Assembly (NCBI RefSeq): GCF_036365525.1
Contig: NC_090408.1
Span: forward strand, 12,811,599 to 12,875,598
Direction: 5' to 3'
Source: Heterodontus francisci
Lineage: Eukaryota
Length of the DNA stretch: 64,000 bases
The notes under the pieces were generated by a model. That model did no database searches, was not told the origin of the DNA, and was given only the letters and a program-made list of their open reading frames with translations. A program made the translations under genes and the position numbers. Numbering within the stretch: the stretch's first letter is position 1; each line of letters begins with the position of its first letter. Shown piece by piece: positions 39,088 through 49,985 of this stretch.

Positions 39088-40877
39088 TGTTATGAGGTTG
39101 TTTTTTTTTTAATGTTTTGAAGGACTCATATTTAAATTCTGGAAATGGATTCATTTGGAAGTCTGAAGAAATGCGGGACTTTGTTTTTTTCATTGTCATG
39201 TCATTTTTCATGTTATTGAAAGGACACTTGACTTAGAAAACAATTACTGGAAGAATCAAGGAGTGCTAAAAACAACCTTTACTGGAGATCATCTGCCTTA
39301 CGATAAATAAACAACAGGAACCTTGGACTAAGAGGGGATGTTTACAGAGAAGCCACATGTCAAGGTTTATGGAGGTCAGGAGGTTGACTTTCTGTTTGGG
39401 GTTCAGATATTGTTTTCAGTTCAGTTGTGGTATGAACTGTTTTGAAGACAGTTGAAGATCAGCCTGCCAAGGAAAAAACACCCAACTCATCTCTTTCCTC
39501 CTGTCGCAGAAAATATCCTGTGTATTCAGTGTGATAACCAAAACCCTTGATGCCACATTTCTTCCGAGAAGCTGGAAAAAACCTGCCAGATTAATTCTCA
39601 ACGCTGCCTGAAGTAAACTGCTCCAGAAAAGATCCCAGTTATCCATCTACATGTACTCGGATGCCAGACCACAGAATCATAGAATCTTTAAGGCACAGAA
39701 AGAGGCCACTTGGCCCATCGTGTCTGTGCCAGCCGAAAAATGACCCACCCATTCTAATCCCACCTTCCAGCATTTGGTCCAAAGCCCTGCAGGTTACGAC
39801 ACTTGAGGTGCACATCCAGACTCCTTTTGAATGAGTTGAGGGTTTCTGTCTCAACTACCCTTTCAGGCAGTGAGTTCCAGACCCCCACCACCCTCTGGGT
39901 GAAAATTGTTTTCCTCATCTCCCCTCTAATTTTTCCACCAATCACTTTAAATCTATGCCCCCTAGTCACTGACTTCTCTGCTAAGGTCAATAGGCCAATC
40001 TCCACTCTATCCAGGCCTCTCAAAATTTTATACATTTCAATCAGATCTCCCCTCGGCCTTCTCTGTTCCAAGGAGAACAACCCCAGCCTATCCAATCTTT
40101 CCTCATAGCTGCATTATTCCAGTCCTGGCAACATCCTCATAAATCACCTCTGTACCCTCTCTAGTGCAATTACATCCTTTCTGTAATGAGGTGACCAGAA
40201 CTGCACACACTACTCAAGTTGTGGCCTAACCAATGAGTTATACAGTTCTAGCATAACCTCCCTGCTCTTATATTCTATACCTGGGCTAATAAAGGAAAGG
40301 ATTCCATATGCCTTCTTAAACACCTTATTGACCTGTCCTGCGACCTTCAGGAATCTGTGGACATTCACTCCAAGGTCCCTCACTTCCTCTACACTTCTCA
40401 GCATTTTCCCATTAATTGTGTATTCCTTTGCCTTGTTTGTCCTCCCCAAATGCATCAAAAAGGACAGCTGACATCTTTCCATATCTTTTTTTCTCTTCAA
40501 GAATGAGCAAGTATTTGGCCAAAGTATTCTTTTTTGGGTTTTTTTTGTAACAGAGCTCTGTCGAGAGAATTTCTTTATTCTTTTCTGTGTGTGTGTGTGA
40601 GCTTGTGTGTGCGGGATTTAAAAGAGCAACTTCCATATTTCAACCTGTGGATTAATGCTTTGCTTCATTACTGAATAAGTCTTGTTTTTATAATAAACTG
40701 ATAATTTAATTGTTTATTACAGAAACCTGGTTGGTGTATTTGATTCTGGGATAAAGAGTAGAGTATATGATTGACTGCATCAGTAACTGGGGTAAACATT
40801 TTCAAAGTATATGTTGTGACCTGCGGAGAAGTGGGACTAGAAAAAGTCAGTGCACTCCTCCCACCTCGGTTATAACA
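39088..40877. mobile_element. Solo LTR (about 1 kb net) containing a CR1 insertion
   Basis: Termini TGTTATGA...TTATAACA and 4-bp TSD CAAG (39084-39087, 40878-40881). Flanks rejoin as an L2-type tail (tttgatgccaag|ccacataaggag). Confidence 0.75.
39671..40457 (-). mobile_element. CR1 3' fragment nested in the solo LTR
   Basis: ORFs 39754..40095 and 40210..40500. Confidence 0.88.
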
Positions 40878-40881
40878 CAAG

Positions 40882-41310
40882 CCACATAAGGAGCTATTAG
40901 GACAGGTGACCAAAAGCTTGGTCAAACAGGTAGGTTTTAAGGATCATCTTAAAGGAGGAGAGAGAGGTAGAGAAGTAGAGAGGTGGAGAGGTTTAGGCAG
41001 GGAATTCCAGATTCGGGCCCAGGTAGCTGAAAGCACAGCCATCAATAGCGAAGTGATTAAAATCAGGGATGTGCAAGAGGCAAGAATTAGAGGAGCACTC
41101 ATATTTCAAAGGGTTGTAAAGCTGGAGGAGATTTCAGAAATAGTGAGGGGTGAGGCCATGGAAGGATTTGAAAACAAAGATGAGAATTTGACTATTGAGG
41201 CCTGGCTTAACCTGGACCAGTGTAGGTCAGTGAGCACAGGGGTGATGAATAAACGGGACTTGGTGCAAGTTAGGATACAGGCAGCAGAGTTTTGGATGAC
41301 CTTAAGTTTA
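40882..41310 (-). mobile_element. L2-type LINE 3' fragment (tail continues at about 39000-39087)
   Basis: Reverse complement of 27853-28360. Confidence 0.7.
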
Positions 41311-42192
41311 TGCAGTTCACATATATAAGGAGGCTAATGCCTGTTTAAGTGGTGGTCCGGGATGTCTGCAAAGCTCCTTGTAGCAATCTGGCAGTGCCTG
41401 TAATATAGGCACATGGATGTGGCTTTCCAAAATTGTTCCCTTTTGCCCCCATTTCCTGCCCAGAGAATGGGCGCAGCAAGGACTAATTTCTACCTCCTAG
41501 AGTGTCTCATTGGCCAAATTTCCCTTCCACAGTTGGTATTAATTTCAGTGCAAATTTTCACAAGATGGAGTCGCTACAAATAGTGAGAAATTTCACCATG
41601 GGCAGGGTAACACTGGCACGGACCTTCCTCAATCTCTGCAAATGTGTAATCTGTCACTCAGACGATTACAAAGGTAGGGTTGTCAGGCCTAGACTGCTAT
41701 GTCCTACCCAGTGGGAGGTTGAGTGGATTTAAAAAAAAGAAAGAACTTGAATTTATATAGCACCTTTCATGGCCTCAGGATATCTCAAAGTAAATTACAG
41801 ACAATGAAATACTTCTGAAGTGGAGTCAATTTGTAATATAGGAAATGCAGTTTCTAATTTGAACCCACAAACTTCTGACCGTAGAGGTGGAAGTGCAGCC
41901 ACTGAGCTAAGGGGCTGGTGGGAAGAAAAGGAGGGAAATGGTGAGATAAAACACTGAAAAAAAGAACAAAGAGATCCAATCAGAAGAAGTTTTCTGAATG
42001 GAATTCTCTGAGGGAAATTAATAAAATGTAAAGGAACAAGCAGAGACCTCAGAGGAATAATAAGCGACTGCCTTCACATTAATGATTAATACAGTGCAGT
42101 TAGTGATGGTGGTTTACATACTTCAATTAGTGTTGCTGTTCTATAAACCAAAATAGAACCAGCCTTGCTACTGACAGAATGTCTGAAGTCTA

Positions 42193-42935
42193 GGGGGGGG
42201 GAATTTTATGCTCTCCCCCACATCGACTTTGGAGGTGGGGAGAGCATATAATCAGGCAGAATGGTGGCGGGGGGGGGGGAGCTCCACTACCCTCCCGCCT
42301 CCACCCAAATGAAGTCCGGGGTAGGAAGGCCTGTGAATGGTCATCCTGCCCCGCCATCAATTGAGACTCTTACGTGGGCATTTAATGGGCCATTGGTATT
42401 AGCCCAGTGGCAGAGGTCCTGTCACCACAGGGAGAGCATGCCAAGCAAACCCGTGTGAGTTGCTTGCTGGCTGCAGGGTGGGGGTGGGGGCCTCCCTTGT
42501 TGAAAGACACTTAGTGCCTGAACGAGGGACCCAACATCAGGAAGGGGAGAGCCCTCGGATAGCCACCCACTGCCCTTGCTGCTGACCCCCCCTACACCCC
42601 ACTTCCCTGTGAACTCCACCCCGCAAAACCCTTCCCGGCATGACTTACCTGTGATCTGGTTCCAGCACCTCCGGTGAGTCCAGTACTGGCAGCAGTCACC
42701 GCCTCTGCAGTGGCACTCCTCAGTGAAAAAGCTGCCAATCTGTGATTGGCTGATAGGTCTCAGCAGGCGGGACCTCCGCCGCGGGGATCCTTAATCCCAG
42801 GGAAAGCCTGCCGCTGTCCACTTAAATGCCTAATTGGCACATATCTGCAGGCCTACCCCTGAGGAGGCAATGTGGGGCTCTTGCTGCACTTCAGCAGGTG
42901 GCCAAGACCCCTGTCGCCAAGATAAAATCCTGGCC
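42193..42935. mobile_element. GC-rich non-autonomous DNA element (MITE-like, possibly Harbinger-related)
   Basis: Imperfect terminal inverted repeats gggggaattttat / ataaaatcctggcc around a GC-rich non-coding interior. Confidence 0.45.
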
Positions 42936-43109
42936 TATCAAAACGAAAGGCAATCTATAAAGGCAGAGCTTTATCCAGACATTCAGCCATTTCAGCTGCA
43001 AACACAGCTACTGAAAAGTGTATGAAGAGGTACTTAAAGGAAAAGAAATGGCTGTACTGGGCAAAGCACTGCCGCCTTAATCCTCTTACCCCTGTACAGT
43101 ACTTTCTAG

Positions 43110-46100
43110 GTGACTTCAACTGCATCATCGATGCGGCTGGACGATCCGGCAGTGACGACAGCAAACTGGACGCTAAGTCCAGATTCCTAATAGAAACAGT
43201 TAAAGATGCCAAACTGCACAACGTCTTCAGCAAACCTGCAGATGGAGCGCAGCATAGATACACATGGTCAAGATCGGACGGGTCTGCCCATTCCAGGATT
43301 GACTTCCTGTTTGTGTCCCATCCCGTCACGGTCGGATCCACCGACGTCAAGCCAGTGTTCTTCTCCGACCACTGCCTCTTACTGGCCGACTGTCACTTGC
43401 AGGACGACCAGCGGGTTGGCAGAGGGACGTGGAAGCTCAATGCTACACTGCTGACCCTAGAGAACGTTGAGGAACTCAAAAGGGATTACAAAGGTTGGAG
43501 GACCATGAAACCCCTCTTTGAGTCTCCAGTTCATTGGTGGGACGCGATTAAGGAGAACATCAAGAGGTTCTTCATCCACAAAGGTGTTCAGAGGGCGAGA
43601 GAGAGGCAGAGGGAAATGTCCCGACTCCAGAAAAGTATGCAAAATCTACTCCGGTTGCAGTCAATGGGGGTCGAGGTCAAGGAGGACCTCCAAGAGGTGA
43701 AGAGCCAGCAGACCTCGCTCTTTGCCAAGGAGGCCTCCAAGATCATCTTCCGGTCCAGAGTCCGCTCCATTGAGCAGGATGAGATGTGCTCACATTACTT
43801 CTTCCAAAAGTTACACACACAGAGCTCTGTTATCAGCAGCCTGAAGGAAGAAGATGGCTCAGTAACGTCTTCGCAGTCCGACATACTAAGGATCAGCAAA
43901 TCCTTTTATGCTGGGCTGTATGACGCGAAGCCCACAGACAGCAGAGCCTCCCAGTCCTTCCTGTCATCTATCACCGAGGTCTTAGATGACAGCAGGAGGT
44001 AAAGACAGGACAAGCCGTTAACTCTGGACGAGCTGACAAAGGCCGTTGAGTCCTTCGAGACGAGTAAAACTCCCGGAAGCGACGGCTTACCGGTCGAGTT
44101 GTACTCGGCCCTGTGGGACTGGGTCGGCCCGGACCTGCTGGAAGTGTACGAGAGTATGCTCCTGGCCGGCAGCATGTCAGAATCCATGAGGAAAGGCATC
44201 ATCACCCTCATTTACAAGCGGAAGGGGGAGAGGGCAGAAATCAGAAATTGGCGGCCCATCTCACTGCTTAATGTTGACTACAAGATTCTGTCCAAAGTCA
44301 TAGCCAGTCGAGTCAAGTCTGCTCTGGAGTTGGTGATCCACCCCGATCAGACCTGTACTGTACCCGGCAAGAAGATCTCTGATAGTCTCGTGCTACTCAG
44401 GGATACGATCGCCTACGTACGGGACAGGAGGGTGGACACCTGCCTCGTCAGCCTGCACCAGGAGAAGGCTTTTGACAGGATATCGCACACCTACATGATG
44501 GACGTGCTTTCCAAAATGGGGTTTGGGGAGGGAATCTGCAATTGGATCCAACTGCTCTACACAAACATCAGTAGCGCAGTCTCAATCAACGGGCGGGAAT
44601 CGGAAAGTTTCCCGATCAAATCTGGAGTCAGACAGGGCTGTCCTCTCTCCCCGGGCTTGTTTGTTTGCTGTATTGAACCCTTTGCTGAGTGTATTAGGAA
44701 GGATGCGAGCATAAGAGGGGTGACAATCCCAGGCAGCGGAGGCACTCAGGTTAAAACCTCCTTGTACATGGATGACGTCGCCGTCTTCTGCTCGGACCCG
44801 CTGTCCGTTCACAGACTGATGAGCATCTGCGACCAGTTCAAACTGGCCTCGGGAGCCAAAGTTAACCACGGCAAGAGTGAGGCCATGTTCTTTGGGAACT
44901 GGGCTGACCGATCCTTTGTCCCCTTCACCGTCAGGTCAGATTACCTGAAGGTGCTGGGGATATGGTTCGGAAGGGCCGGGGCGTGCACCGAAACCTGGGA
45001 GGAGTGAGTAGCCAAGGTACAACAAAAGTTGAGCATGTGGGGGCAGCGATCTCTCTCCATTGTGGGTAAGAACCTGGTCATCAGGTGCGAGGCGCTCACG
45101 TTGTTGCTGTACGTGGCGCAGGTCTGGCCTATACCCCACTCCTGCGCTGTGGCGGTCACCCGAGCCATTTTCCGCTTCATCTGGGGATCTAAAATGGACC
45201 GGGTCCGGAGGGACACGATGTTCAAATCTCTGGATAAGGGCGGGAAAAATGTACCCAACGTGGCCCTCATCCTGATGACCACCTTCATGTGCGACTGCAT
45301 CAAGCTGTGTGTAGACCTCCAGTATGCAAACTCCAAGTGTCACTACGTGCTGAGGTTCTATCTGTCCCCAGTGTTGTGAAGGATGGGCCTGGTCACATTG
45401 CCGCGGAACGCTCCATGCAGTTGGGCCGTGCCGTACTACCTATCCTTCGTGGAGCAGTTTCTGCGGGAAAACACCTTTGACCACCAGTCCATCAGGCAGT
45501 GGTCTGCACAGAATGTCCTCAAGGCCCTACGGGAAAAGGAGATGGTGGATCCTGTCGGATGGTTCCCCGAGCAGACAGTCAGTCATTTGGCGGAATGCCT
45601 CATCACCAGAACTTTCAAACAAGCACCAAGACGTAGCTTGGCTGGTGGTGAGAAGGGCCCGCTCCGTCAGATCCTTCATGCACACCCGAAGTCTCGCCCC
45701 CTCCGCACACTGCCCCCGCAGTGGTTGTGGTGGGGAAGAGACGGTTGCCCAACTCCTCCTGGAATGTGTCATTGCAAAGCAGGTGTGGAAAGAGATGCAG
45801 TGGTTTTTGTCGAGGTTCATCCCAAGCAGCTCTGTAACACAGGAGTCTGTGCTCTACGGGCTGTTCCCAGGGACGCACACCGAGACAAACATCAACTGCT
45901 GCTGGAGGACTATCAATTCGGTGAAAGCCCTTTGGTCTGCCCGAAACTTGCTGGTCTTCCAGCACAAAGAGTTGTCCACGACCGAATGTTGTAGACTGGC
46001 ACATTCCAAGGTCCAGGACTACGTGCTGAGGGACGCACTGAAGCTTGGGGCAGCCGCAGCAAAGGCTCAATGGGGAAAGACCACTGTGTAAGGTCCCCCC

Positions 46101-46357
46101 ACCAAGCTGAACTGAGGGGCTGGATCCACGGGAAACCCCTCGAACTGTATCGGGAAAATTTTGTGTGCTGTGAATGTTAAAATGTATATGGCATGACAAT
46201 GAAATGGAAGGGTTGTGAGGCAACTCATGATTATATTGAAGGAAACTGATCATCTTTGCACTGTTTGTATTTTTTGACTTGATGCTGTTTTAAATTGTTT
46301 GGGAATGTAATTTTTACAGATTTTTATGAATAAAGTATATTTTGGAAATTAAAAAAA
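43110..46357 (+). mobile_element. Tx1-clade LINE, 5'-truncated copy (ORF2 with several stops and a frameshift)
   Basis: Near-identical to about 50407-53653 across ORF2. AATAAA and A-tail. 12-bp TSD AGTACTTTCTAG (43098-43109, 46358-46369). Confidence 0.95.
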
Positions 46358-46954
46358 AGTACTTTCTAGTTCCACAAGCACTTCCTTACACAAAGTGCAG
46401 TGGAAATCTGGAACTCTGTCCCAGAGATTGATAGATTTTTATTAGGCAAAAGTATTAGGGTTACACCAAGGTGCGGTAAGATGCAAATCAGCCATGATCG
46501 AAATGGTGAAACAGGCTTGTAAGTCCACTCACCCACCAAGCTGCTCAAATGATCTTCATTTTCAGGGAGGTCCTGTGTGTTCAGTGTCATATTTTGTTTT
46601 ATAATGTCTCTGTGAAGTTCCTGGGATGCTTAATTCTGTTAAAAGCGCTATATTAGATACAAGTTGGTTTTGTTGTTGTTCAGAGTGGTTCCACTGATTT
46701 TGAGGTGTGGTGGCAGCTTATCACTGCCCATTGCTTCAGTACTCCGTTAGTAAAGCTTTGTTTGGGATCAAGTGGCTTCAAACCAGATCAGTCTGAGGCA
46801 ACAGTTCATGTTAAAATCAATAAAGCATCTCAATGCACTTGAGCAGGGCCCCACCACCACCTCCCTCCATAACGTACGTTACTGGAATGGTTAAGGAAGA
46901 TATCAAAAAAAAATCATAGAGCTCCATAAGATAGAGAATTTCCAACACAATATC

Positions 46955-47335
46955 AGCCTCCGCTCAGTGATTGTGATCTTGCACTCAAGGCCAAAGATTG
47001 TAGGTTCAAGCCTCACATCAGGTCTTGAGCTGTTAATCTTGGCTGAGGGAGTGCTGGAGCTGACCTGTTTCGGATGACCTATTCATACTATGTCCTGTTT
47101 GGGTGGATGTAAAGCTTCATATGGCACCAGTTGAAGTAGGACAGTGAAGATCCCCCAGTGTCTTGTCCAATATGTGACCTTCAACCAATGCAGTAATATA
47201 GTCATCTATCAGCATGCTGTTTGTGTCAAAATTGCTGCTGCACTTCCCTTCGCTATAACAGTAACAACACTCCACTGGCTGTGAAGTACTTTGGTATGTC
47301 CTGAGGACATGAAAAGTGCTATGCAAATTGTTTCT
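46955..47335 (+). mobile_element. Deu-domain SINE, degraded
   Basis: ggttcaagcc B-box-like motif, cccagtgtcttgtccaatat core and gtcctgaggacatgaaaagtgctat tail. Confidence 0.6.
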
Positions 47336-47959
47336 TTAATCTGTAGGAGACAGTGCCTTAGCAAAAGATGGAAGAGCATTTGTACACTGAGCCTTTGCTT
47401 TTCCGTTAATGTGCCTCTGTTACTTTATTAAAAAGCAGCCACTGACATAACCAGAAGTGAGTTCACTCAGAGAACATTTCCTGTGTGAACCTTCACCTCA
47501 CATTTTTCATGTCAAGACCAGGTACATAAAATTAAACACTGTTCAACATCAATTGGTCAACAAACAATTGTGCTGGTATCAGTGCCCTCAGGCAGCCAAT
47601 CTCCATCTCCATGGCCTCCTGAAGGTCTTAACCTGTTTGAAAGCTGGAAGAGCTTATACAAACAGTACCTTGAAAGATTAATTGAGTGTAAAAGGTCAGT
47701 ACTTTAGACTCCACTCGTGATAACTAACCCCTGTAGGTTGCAAAAATACAGGGACAGGGGACAGGTTTGATCAAACATATTTTATCAGTACAGAGAAGAT
47801 TTCATCTCAGTTCATTCAAATAATGGTGCACTAAACCCTTTTTCGCAGTTCTCCTTATTTTTCTGCCTCTACTCCAGGAGGTGCTGACCTTCACTGCAGT
47901 TCAGGGTTCATGAACACCAGCAGCGTTATGAGAGAGCAGAAAGGTCGATGTCGGTTGTG

Positions 47960-48335
47960 ACTCAATTAGTAAGATGCTCGTCTCTTGATCAGAAGGTGGT
48001 GCATTTAAGCCCTCATCCAGGACCTAAGCCCCATAACCTGTGCTGATCCTTCAGTTCAGTCTAACTGGAGAGAGATATAAACCTGAGGCCCTGAGAGAGA
48101 AATTCTCAAGATAGGTGAATCGATGACCAGTTTTACACACATGGAAAAGAAAACTAGTTGGAATGCAAATTGGCTACCCATTCGCTATTGCCTGTGATGA
48201 ATTCCACTCCTGACATCTGCTCTCCCAGGTTGATGTAAAAGATACCTATTTGGTGTAAGGAGACGGGTGCTCCCAGTGTCCTGGCCAATATTTTTCCCTC
48301 AACCAAAATCACTAAAACAGATTATCTGGGCATTC
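47960..48335 (+). mobile_element. Deu-domain SINE, 5' part (3' part at 53654-53790); host of the Tx1 insertion
   Basis: cccagtgtcctggccaatatttttccctcaaccaaaatcactaaaacagattatctggg continues after the LINE as ...ctgtgcaaacattt...catttcctacattacaacagtg. Confidence 0.8.
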
Positions 48336-48388
48336 ATCGCTTCTCGGCCTTTTGGCTAAGATCAAGTGTAGTATCTGTTCTTATCAGT
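48336..48388 (+). ncRNA. U2 snRNA 5' fragment (nt 1-53) forming the 5' end of the Tx1 LINE; not a U2 gene
   Basis: ATCGCTTCTCGGCCTTTTGGCTAAGATCAAGTGTAGTATCTGTTCTTATCAGT matches the vertebrate U2 5' end as I recall it. The match stops at nt 53. Confidence 0.95.
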
Positions 48389-48451
48389 GCTTATTTGATT
48401 GAGAAGAGACCATGATCATTGCCTTTTGATCCTGGGGAAGCTTTGAGTAAA

Positions 48452-49972
48452 ATGGCTATAACCAATTTTCGAGCTTCGGGCCAGGGAGTGCGCAACACCG
48501 TTCGGGTGGTCGTGAAGGACAAGGAAGGAGATGCACCGGTCGATCGCACCTTCTTCATCAAGAAAATTCTCTTCGATTGCTGCGGATTTCAAGCGACGGA
48601 CGTCTTCTGCCTGCAGGATTTCCCCAGCAGTGGATACTTCGACGTGACGTTCCGGAACGTGGCGGGATGCATCAAGTTCCTGAAGGCGTTCAAGGAGAAA
48701 GGGGACCGGGCGCCACTGTCGATCCTCACAGCGGAGCCGCTCTTCACGCTTCCGTCACAATGGGACCGGGTGGTGACGATTCACCTCTACAACCCCCATG
48801 TTCCGGTGGTGGATGTACTCACCTTTCTCGCCAGGTACATCGAGGTGGCCGGCAGCAGCACTGATGTCAAGGACCCCTTTGGGATCTGGACCAGCAAGCG
48901 GCAGGTCAAGGTGACTTTGAAGGTAGATCCCAGTGGAGCCATCATCCACCCTCCCTCCAGCTTCGCTATCGGGGGAAGTCGAGGCTTCTTGGTCTACGCT
49001 GGGCAGCCCAGAGTTTGCCGCACCTGTGGCAAATCTGGTCACATGGCAGCCAACTGCAGCACGGTTGTTTGCAAGAACTGCAAGGAGGAAGGCCATCAGA
49101 CCAAGGACTGTAAGCAGATTAAGTGTTGCAACTTGTGCGGTGCGGCAGGCCATCTCTACAAGACCTGCCCCAAACGTTGCCTCAGCTATGCTCAGGCGGC
49201 AAGGTCCAAGGAAAGGCCGGGAGAAGGTTCGACGAAGGCGTCCGCTGTTCGAAAGGAGACCAGCAACCTTCTCCGCAGTGAGGAACTTCAACCTGAGAAG
49301 GAAGGGGAGGCGGCTGAAACCAACGACCCAGCACCTACCCAGCGCCCGGAAACCCCTCCTCCACAGACAGAATCAATGGAGGAGGAGGCAGCAGATGGAC
49401 AAACAGGTCAGTGGCAAGTGGTCCAGAGGAAAACCACAAAGAAAAAACATCCCAAAGCCACCACCCAAACCAGTGGCAAGAGGAGGCTCTCTTCTGAATC
49501 AGACTGCAACAACTCCTCTTCACTGGACGGGGAAATGCTGGAACGACAGCCCCTTCAAAAGAGGCGGCAGAACTCCGAGATGGATGATAAAGCATCCCAG
49601 CCCCCGGGCACTGGAAGCTGTGATGGGCCCGGCGTGCCCCAACCCCAATGCCCCACACGTAACGACGTGGCCAACGCATCTCAGCTCCGGGACACCGGGA
49701 GCAAAGACACGTCTGGCGCACCTGAGCTCCGGGAGACCGGGAGCTGTGATGTTTTCGAGGAGGAACAGATGGAAGCAGCTGAGGACAACCCAATCCTCTC
49801 TGCCTACAAGACCCCCCCGATGTCACCCGAGCGGCACAAATCCTGCATGAAAAATCAGGAGGGGTTTCTGAGCCCAACCAACGTGAAACTGCTTGCGCAC
49901 ACGATGGGTATGCAGGAACATCCCGAAGGACTGGGACTAGCGAGGACAAATGGTATGGGAAGCAACAACTAA
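48452..49972 (+). CDS. Tx1 ORF1p, ZCCHC3-like, three CCHC zinc knuckles; intact
   Basis: First ATG at 48452 within ORF 48419..49972; CRTCGKSGHMAANC, CKNCKEEGHQTKDC, CNLCGAAGHLYKTC. Confidence 0.9.
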   Translation: MAITNFRASGQGVRNTVRVVVKDKEGDAPVDRTFFIKKILFDCCGFQATDVFCLQDFPSSGYFDVTFRNVAGCIKFLKAFKEKGDRAPLSILTAEPLFTLPSQWDRVVTIHLYNPHVPVVDVLTFLARYIEVAGSSTDVKDPFGIWTSKRQVKVTLKVDPSGAIIHPPSSFAIGGSRGFLVYAGQPRVCRTCGKSGHMAANCSTVVCKNCKEEGHQTKDCKQIKCCNLCGAAGHLYKTCPKRCLSYAQAARSKERPGEGSTKASAVRKETSNLLRSEELQPEKEGEAAETNDPAPTQRPETPPPQTESMEEEAADGQTGQWQVVQRKTTKKKHPKATTQTSGKRRLSSESDCNNSSSLDGEMLERQPLQKRRQNSEMDDKASQPPGTGSCDGPGVPQPQCPTRNDVANASQLRDTGSKDTSGAPELRETGSCDVFEEEQMEAAEDNPILSAYKTPPMSPERHKSCMKNQEGFLSPTNVKLLAHTMGMQEHPEGLGLARTNGMGSNN

Positions 49973-49985
49973 TTTTTAGTAAAAA

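Noticed and set aside
43022-44002. 326-aa ORF as a novel fusion gene
   Set aside because: A chance in-frame upstream start in the flank runs into the truncated Tx1 endonuclease and ends at a premature stop.
48336-48388. Functional U2 snRNA gene
   Set aside because: Only nt 1-53 are present, there is no Sm site or 3' stem-loops, and the upstream sequence is a SINE rather than an snRNA promoter.
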